Of a stretch of DNA of 64,000 nucleotides, positions 60,008 through 64,000 are shown one piece after another. A program made the translations under genes and the position numbers. The notes under the pieces were generated by a model, which saw only the letters and a program-made list of their open reading frames with translations, was not told the DNA's origin and made no database searches. Origin of the DNA: Chloroflexota bacterium (GTDB lineage: Bacteria > Chloroflexota > Anaerolineae > Anaerolineales > E44-bin32). The DNA lies in contig JADFRG010000007.1 of NCBI GenBank assembly GCA_022561385.1, forward strand, positions 14,498-78,497. The letters are read 5' to 3'. Positions within the stretch are counted from its first letter, which is position 1; every line of letters begins with the position of its first letter.

Positions 60008-60580
60008 ATGCCTGGCACTAAAAGCAAACCTAACTTACGGCCACAACGCTGGAGGCAAGCCGCACGTCGACGAGGCGTGTTGTGGGCTGTGGTGGGCGGG
60101 CTGGGTTTATTCGTGGCCTGGCAGGTGATTTCCAACCCATTGCCGACCACCAAAGCACAGTCCCTGGCCGGTCTGGCTCCGGACATTACGCTGACGACCC
60201 AACAGGGGGAATACCGCCTATCCGAGCAGAAGGGGGAGACGGTCGCGCTCTTCTTCGCGTTTGTAGGTTGACCGAGCTGCGCGCGGGAGGTTCCCGCGCT
60301 CAATCGAATTCGAGCGGAATTCGGCGTTCAGGTGGTAGCGATCAATCTCTTGCCGCAATACAACAGTCTCGAGGAGTGGCAAGCTTTTCTTGGGGAATTT
60401 GGCGCGACCGATTTCGTATGGGCCGCGGACACCTATGACCAGCTTGCTTCGCGGACTTATAACGTTCGGTCATTGGGCACCACGATCATCATAGACCGCG
60501 AGGGGCAGATGGTTTATCGGGACGAGGTGGCCAGCACGTATGAGATGTTAAAGCCGGCCGTGTTGACCGCTCTGGACTAG
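60008..60580 (+). CDS. TlpA/ResA-like membrane-anchored thioredoxin-fold protein, predicted selenoprotein (G-U-P-S-C; TGA 60269-60271 read as Sec)
   Basis: ORFs 60008-60271 and 60332-60580 share one frame with TGA as the only stop between them. The joined sequence reads ...GETVALFFAFVG-U-PSCAREVPALNRIRAEFG...GTTIIIDREGQ, which matches the FWAxWCxPCxxExP redoxin context. Confidence 0.7.
60281..60299 (+). promoter_or_regulatory. Candidate bacterial SECIS hairpin for UGA 60269
   Basis: GCGCGGG(A)-GGT-(T)CCCGCGC, a 7-8 bp GC stem with a GGU-containing loop about 17 nt after the UGA. Confidence 0.5.
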
Positions 60581-60600
60581 GGGATTGGAAGGAAGTTAAG

Positions 60601-60879
60601 ATGGAGAATTCCTGGATATCGATCAAAGGTTATGTGATGGGTGCCTTGGCCTTCATCTCCTGCCCCTGTCACCTGCCGATTACCCTGCCACTGCTTGTGG
60701 TTGTTACAGCCGGCACCGCCTTCAGCGCCTGGCTGCAAAACAACTTGTTCGCCGTCGGCGGCGCGTCGACGGTGTTTTTCGTCGGCTCCTTGGTGCTGGC
60801 AATCAGATGGAGCGGCAGGCGGGCTCGCGTCCGCCATCGTGTAGAATCGACGATGCGACCACAGAAGCTCATCAAGTAA
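60601..60879 (+). CDS. merE: MerE-like small mercury transporter
   Basis: Two TM helices. GALAFISCPCHLPITLPLL closely resembles the MerE LTCPCHLPIL motif, recalled from Tn21 MerE. Confidence 0.65.
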   Translation: MENSWISIKGYVMGALAFISCPCHLPITLPLLVVVTAGTAFSAWLQNNLFAVGGASTVFFVGSLVLAIRWSGRRARVRHRVESTMRPQKLIK

Positions 60880-60892
60880 GGGAGGTAGAAAA

Positions 60893-61198
60893 ATGTCTGT
60901 CGCCACAGCGCCACCGCTTACAACCTATCTCGATCCAGAACTGATTGGAAACCTGCAAAATCGACTCAATCGCATCGAGGGATCTGTTCGCGGCGTCAAC
61001 CGCATGCTGGAAGACCATGAAAACTGCGACGATATCGTCGTGCAGCTATCGGCGATCAAAGCTGCCGTGAATCAGGTCACGATTAAGCTGTTGGAAGGAC
61101 ACATGAACACCTGCCTGCTTGAGTGCGCGGCCACGGGCGACCTGGAAGCGCTTGAACATTTCAGGCGCTCCATGGCGCTTGTGATGAAGAACTCGTGA
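60893..61198 (+). CDS. CsoR/RcnR/FrmR-family metal-sensing transcriptional repressor (C-H-C fingerprint)
   Basis: 101 aa with L.NRLNRIEGSVRGV.RM (DUF156 signature). The ligand positions are ENC...H-x3-C (GHMNTC). Confidence 0.85.
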   Translation: MSVATAPPLTTYLDPELIGNLQNRLNRIEGSVRGVNRMLEDHENCDDIVVQLSAIKAAVNQVTIKLLEGHMNTCLLECAATGDLEALEHFRRSMALVMKNS

Positions 61199-61310
61199 GG
61201 TAGGTCTGGTCGAGATTACCAGCTAACCGGGCCCCGGGAAAACGGGATAGAGTCGGCATTGTCGGGACGGTTAGCAGTATCTATTTCGAGCGGCGGGCGC
61301 AATAAAAAAA

Positions 61311-61511
61311 GTGACGAAGACGGATGAATGTCCCTATTGCACGGAAATGCTCGCGCCGGATCTGCTGCACATCTGCCCCGTAGGATGCTGCTACGTTGAG
61401 GGGTATGAGGGCAAAGAAAAGGTCAAATGCTCATACTGTGAACTGCCGTTCGAAATCTTGGCAGGACACGCCTGTTTCGAGCTCATCGCGCTGACCGAAC
61501 CTGCGCAGTAG
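61311..61511 (+). CDS. Small Cys-rich protein (9 Cys in 66 aa; CxxC...CxxxCC...CxxC...C), function unknown
   Basis: GTG start. The ORF is followed by a strong terminator. The zinc-ribbon-like Cys spacing reads CPYC...CPVGCC...CSYC...C. Confidence 0.45.
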   Translation: MTKTDECPYCTEMLAPDLLHICPVGCCYVEGYEGKEKVKCSYCELPFEILAGHACFELIALTEPAQ

Positions 61512-61565
61512 CACGCGCATGGAGCAAGCGCTCGCGCACCGACTTCTGCAAACACCGAGCATTCA

Positions 61566-61592
61566 CTCCACCCTTCGAGGTGGAGTTTTATT
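61566..61592 (+). terminator. Rho-independent terminator ending the merA...Cys-rich operon
   Basis: CTCCACC-CTTCGA-GGTGGAG followed by TTTTATT. Confidence 0.7.
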
Positions 61593-61665
61593 ACGACTGC
61601 GCGGGGGCGAGTTTGAATCCTGCCCCTAGACGCCACCGGCACTCCGACCTATTTGGAGGATCCAG

Positions 61666-63042
61666 ATGAGCGATGCATACGATGTCGCGGTAATCGGCGC
61701 GGGACAAGGCGGTCTGCCGGCCGCACACATGGCGGCCAATTTGGGCGCCAAAGTCCTTCTCGTAGAGGATCGGGAGGTGGGCGGAACTTGAGTGAATGAG
61801 GGGTGCATCCCCACTAAGACCTTGTTAAGGTCTGCCGAAGTTATGCACTTGGTACGAGATCGATCGGCCGAGTTTGGCGTGCGCGGAATCGATCCCAAGA
61901 GTGTCTCGTTCGATCTGGCAGCCGCGGTGGCCCGAAAGGATAACATCGTGGCCGGGATCCAGGCCGGGATCTACAAAAACCTGGATCGAAACAAGAACAT
62001 CACCTTTATGAAGGGCCATGCGGAATTCACCTCACCGGTCGACATTCGGATCGACGGCACGCTGGTGACGGCCGAAAATAGCGTCCTGGCGGTTGGCTCC
62101 CAGCCTGCGCCGTACGCCATTCCCGGCCTAAAAGAGGCTGGATTCATCACAAATTACGAAGCGCTCAAGCTGGAAGAGCTCCCCAACTCCATGATTGTTA
62201 TCGGGGGCGGATACGAGGGAGTGGAGTTTGCCCAGATGTACGCTCGCTACGGTACGGCGGTCACAATGCTCGGACGTGCGCCACGCGTGATGCCTAAGGA
62301 GGAGCCCGAACTCTCTGAGAAGCTGGGCGACATACTCCGGGAGGAAGGCGTGGATCTCCACACTTCGACCGAAGTGGTTCGAGCGGGCGCGGAGAACGGC
62401 GCGCGTTTCGTTTTGGTGCGAGAGGCGGGGTCTGAGCGACGTTACGAAGCGGAGGTCTTGCTGCTGGCGGTTGGCCGCAACGCCCGAGTCGAGAATCTGG
62501 GTTTGTCAGAGGCGGGGGTGGAGATGGATGGGCCCTATGTGGGTGCAGACCGGCGCTTGCGAACGTCGGCAAGCAACATCTGGTCGCTCGGCGACGCCAA
62601 TGGCGGGCTTATGTTTACCCACCGAGCCACCTACGACGGCCCCATTGCAGCGCTCAACATCGTGAAAGCCCTGGGCCGGGAGGTGGATTACCGAGTGGTG
62701 CCGAGGGCAGTCTTTACGGAGCCTACCCTGGCGAGCGTCGGCCTGACCGAGGCCGAGGCGAGGGCTCAAGGCCATGAAGTGAGGGTAGGAACCGCGGATT
62801 TTGCCGGATCAGGTCGGGCGAAGGCCATCGGCCTGCCGGTCGGGATGGTTAAGCTGATTGCAGACGACGGCACGGGGGAGCTGCTAGGTGGCCACATCCT
62901 TGGACCCCGGGCCGACGATCTAATCCACGAAGTGGTTACCGCCATGTACAAGAAAGGTTCAGCAGAAGCGATCGCCAAATCCATACACGTGCATCCGACC
63001 CTGAGCGAGGTCGTGAAGCGGGCCGCGAAAGCACTGCGATGA
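61666..63042 (+). CDS. Class I pyridine-nucleotide disulfide oxidoreductase (Lpd/GR-like), predicted selenoprotein with Sec in the redox-active pair (GGT-U-VNEG-C-IPTK; TGA 61789-61791)
   Basis: ATG 61666 lies 5 nt after GGAGGA. Its N terminus is MSDAYDVAVIGAGQGG...LVEDREVGGT, then TGA, then in the same frame VNEGCIPTKTLL... (ORF 61792-63042). The C terminus has the HVHPTLSE His-Glu dyad and no MerA-type CC tail. Confidence 0.7.
61817..61833 (+). promoter_or_regulatory. Candidate bacterial SECIS hairpin for UGA 61789 (alternative: 61791-61815)
   Basis: AGACCTT-GTT-AAGGTCT (7 bp stem, GUU loop) lies about 33 nt after the UGA. A second possible structure, AGUG/CACU plus GGG-UGCAU-CCC, starts directly after the UGA. 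Confidence 0.4.
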
Positions 63043-63238
63043 ATCCGGGACGGTCGGCGACCACGGGCCGATCATGTGGCAACCCACCATCAAATTGGGG
63101 ACCGCCCCGGGCGCGCTGCGCCTCGGGTATGTGGTTTCCCTTCGTAGCTTAGCGGCAACGATGGAACTCTTAGAATGGTCTCATTTAGGACGCACGTAAT
63201 CGCAGTTCGCGATATGCTAGGATTTTGCGGGAGGCGAG

Positions 63239-63850
63239 ATGACCAAATCCACGCGCGAGAGAATTGAAGCAAAGAGACGCAAAGGGCGTGCACGAGGCAT
63301 AATTATCGGTGTACTTATCGCGGTTCCCGCGATCGCGGGGGTCGCGTGGCTGGCTAACCAGGCCAGCGGGCGTCGAAGCGGTGAGTTTGTTGAGATCCCG
63401 CAGGTCCAGGTAGTGGAGGTGATGAGCAGTGCGGCGCACGTCGCCGACGACACCGATCCCGGGCCCTACAATTCGGATCCTCCGACCTCAGGCAGGATGT
63501 ACGTTTCGCCAGCGGTGGCGGGGTTCAATGACGTTGGAGACGTGGAATCGTTCGGCGAATATCCAGCCGGCTCACTTGTACACAGCCTGGAGCACGGACA
63601 CGTTATCTTCTGGTACAACTGCGACGTACTCAGTCAGTCTGAGTGCGAGGCCATGAAGGACGGGATCAAGCAAGTCATACGCGCGGCCGGCACCTTTAAG
63701 GTGATCGCCTTCCCGTGGCCTTCGATCGAGGAACCGCTTGTGATGACCTCCTGGGGCCGAATGCTCCGCTTTGATGAATTTGACGCCGAGATCGCCGAGC
63801 AATTCGTAAGAAACTTCCGCCTGCAGGCCCCTGAACCGAACGCGCCTTAG
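63239..63850 (+). CDS. DUF3105 domain membrane-anchored protein
   Basis: N-terminal TM, then YNSDPPTSGRMY and LVHSLEHGHVIFWYN motifs characteristic of DUF3105. Confidence 0.75.
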   Translation: MTKSTRERIEAKRRKGRARGIIIGVLIAVPAIAGVAWLANQASGRRSGEFVEIPQVQVVEVMSSAAHVADDTDPGPYNSDPPTSGRMYVSPAVAGFNDVGDVESFGEYPAGSLVHSLEHGHVIFWYNCDVLSQSECEAMKDGIKQVIRAAGTFKVIAFPWPSIEEPLVMTSWGRMLRFDEFDAEIAEQFVRNFRLQAPEPNAP

Positions 63851-63884
63851 AGAATAACCATCAATTAACCGGATATAGCATCGC

Positions 63885-63916
63885 GAAAAAAAAACCAGCC
63901 CCATAAAGGGCTGGTT
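63885..63916 (-). terminator. Rho-independent terminator for a minus-strand gene entering from the right edge of the window
   Basis: The minus strand reads AACCAGCCC-TTTATG-GGGCTGGTT followed by TTTTTTTTT. Confidence 0.55.
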
Positions 63917-64000
63917 GCATTATTGGCCCTGAGAAGTTTTGGTTCAGGCCTGCTCCAGCTTTGGCGGATAACGGCTCTCCATCCACAAGCGCAATCCCAG

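Noticed and set aside
61596-61640. tRNA-like 3' fragment (GGCGAG-TTTGAAT-CCTGCC...GACGCCA), considered as a possible selC/tRNA-Sec gene next to the Sec-reductase.
   Set aside because: No matching 5' acceptor strand, D-arm or UCA anticodon arm could be found upstream. The preceding hairpin has a 6-nt loop followed by a T-run, so it is a terminator. The T-stem has a mismatch. The motif is probably a coincidence or an ancient remnant.
63090-63453. Minus-strand ORFs (63090-63293, 63185-63439 and 63217-63453) upstream of and overlapping the DUF3105 gene.
   Set aside because: They overlap each other and the 5' end of a gene with clear DUF3105 motifs, and they have no features of their own.

Overview
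This is a 64 kb chromosomal window from a high-GC bacterium. The style suggests Chloroflexota (alternating Val/Glu and Pro/Thr linkers after lipoprotein signals, frequent GTG/TTG starts), but that assignment is inference only. Most of the window is housekeeping. It holds an ABC importer operon with sugar-phosphate isomerase and HAD genes, and bcp, greA and lysS. It also holds an RpoD-like sigma factor and an acyl-CoA, thiolase and DUF35 cluster. Further genes are tatAC, nusB and fabG, the conserved parB-parA ... jag-yidC-yidD-rnpA-rpmH block, and murA and gyrB. Two regions look accessory. The first (11.5-14.4 kb) is a visibly AT-richer tandem duplication of a polytopic membrane protein gene plus tRNA-Lys, in which one tRNA copy has decayed. 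The second (52.7-63.9 kb) is a metal(loid) and thiol-redox island carrying a VOC protein gene, ynfA, arsC, a flavin monooxygenase gene and a non-canonical mer cluster. The main finding is three ORF pairs split by a single in-frame TGA that falls exactly on the redox-active cysteine of a conserved motif. They are W-U-P-T-C in a thioredoxin lipoprotein, G-U-P-S-C in a TlpA-like protein, and GGT-U-VNEG-C-IPTK in a flavoprotein disulfide reductase. Each TGA is followed by a stem-loop at a spacing compatible with a bacterial SECIS element, so I read all three as selenocysteine codons. Two of them sit inside or next to the mer cluster (merA, an HMA protein, a Cys-TlpA, CcdA, the Sec-TlpA, a MerE-like protein, a CsoR-family regulator, a Cys-rich peptide, and the Sec-reductase). 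That cluster has no MerR, MerT or MerP, and a CsoR-type inverted repeat overlaps a near-consensus promoter in front of merA. No CRISPR array, transposase or integrase, or rRNA gene was seen. All calls come from reading the sequence and the ORF track; no searches or folding computations were run.
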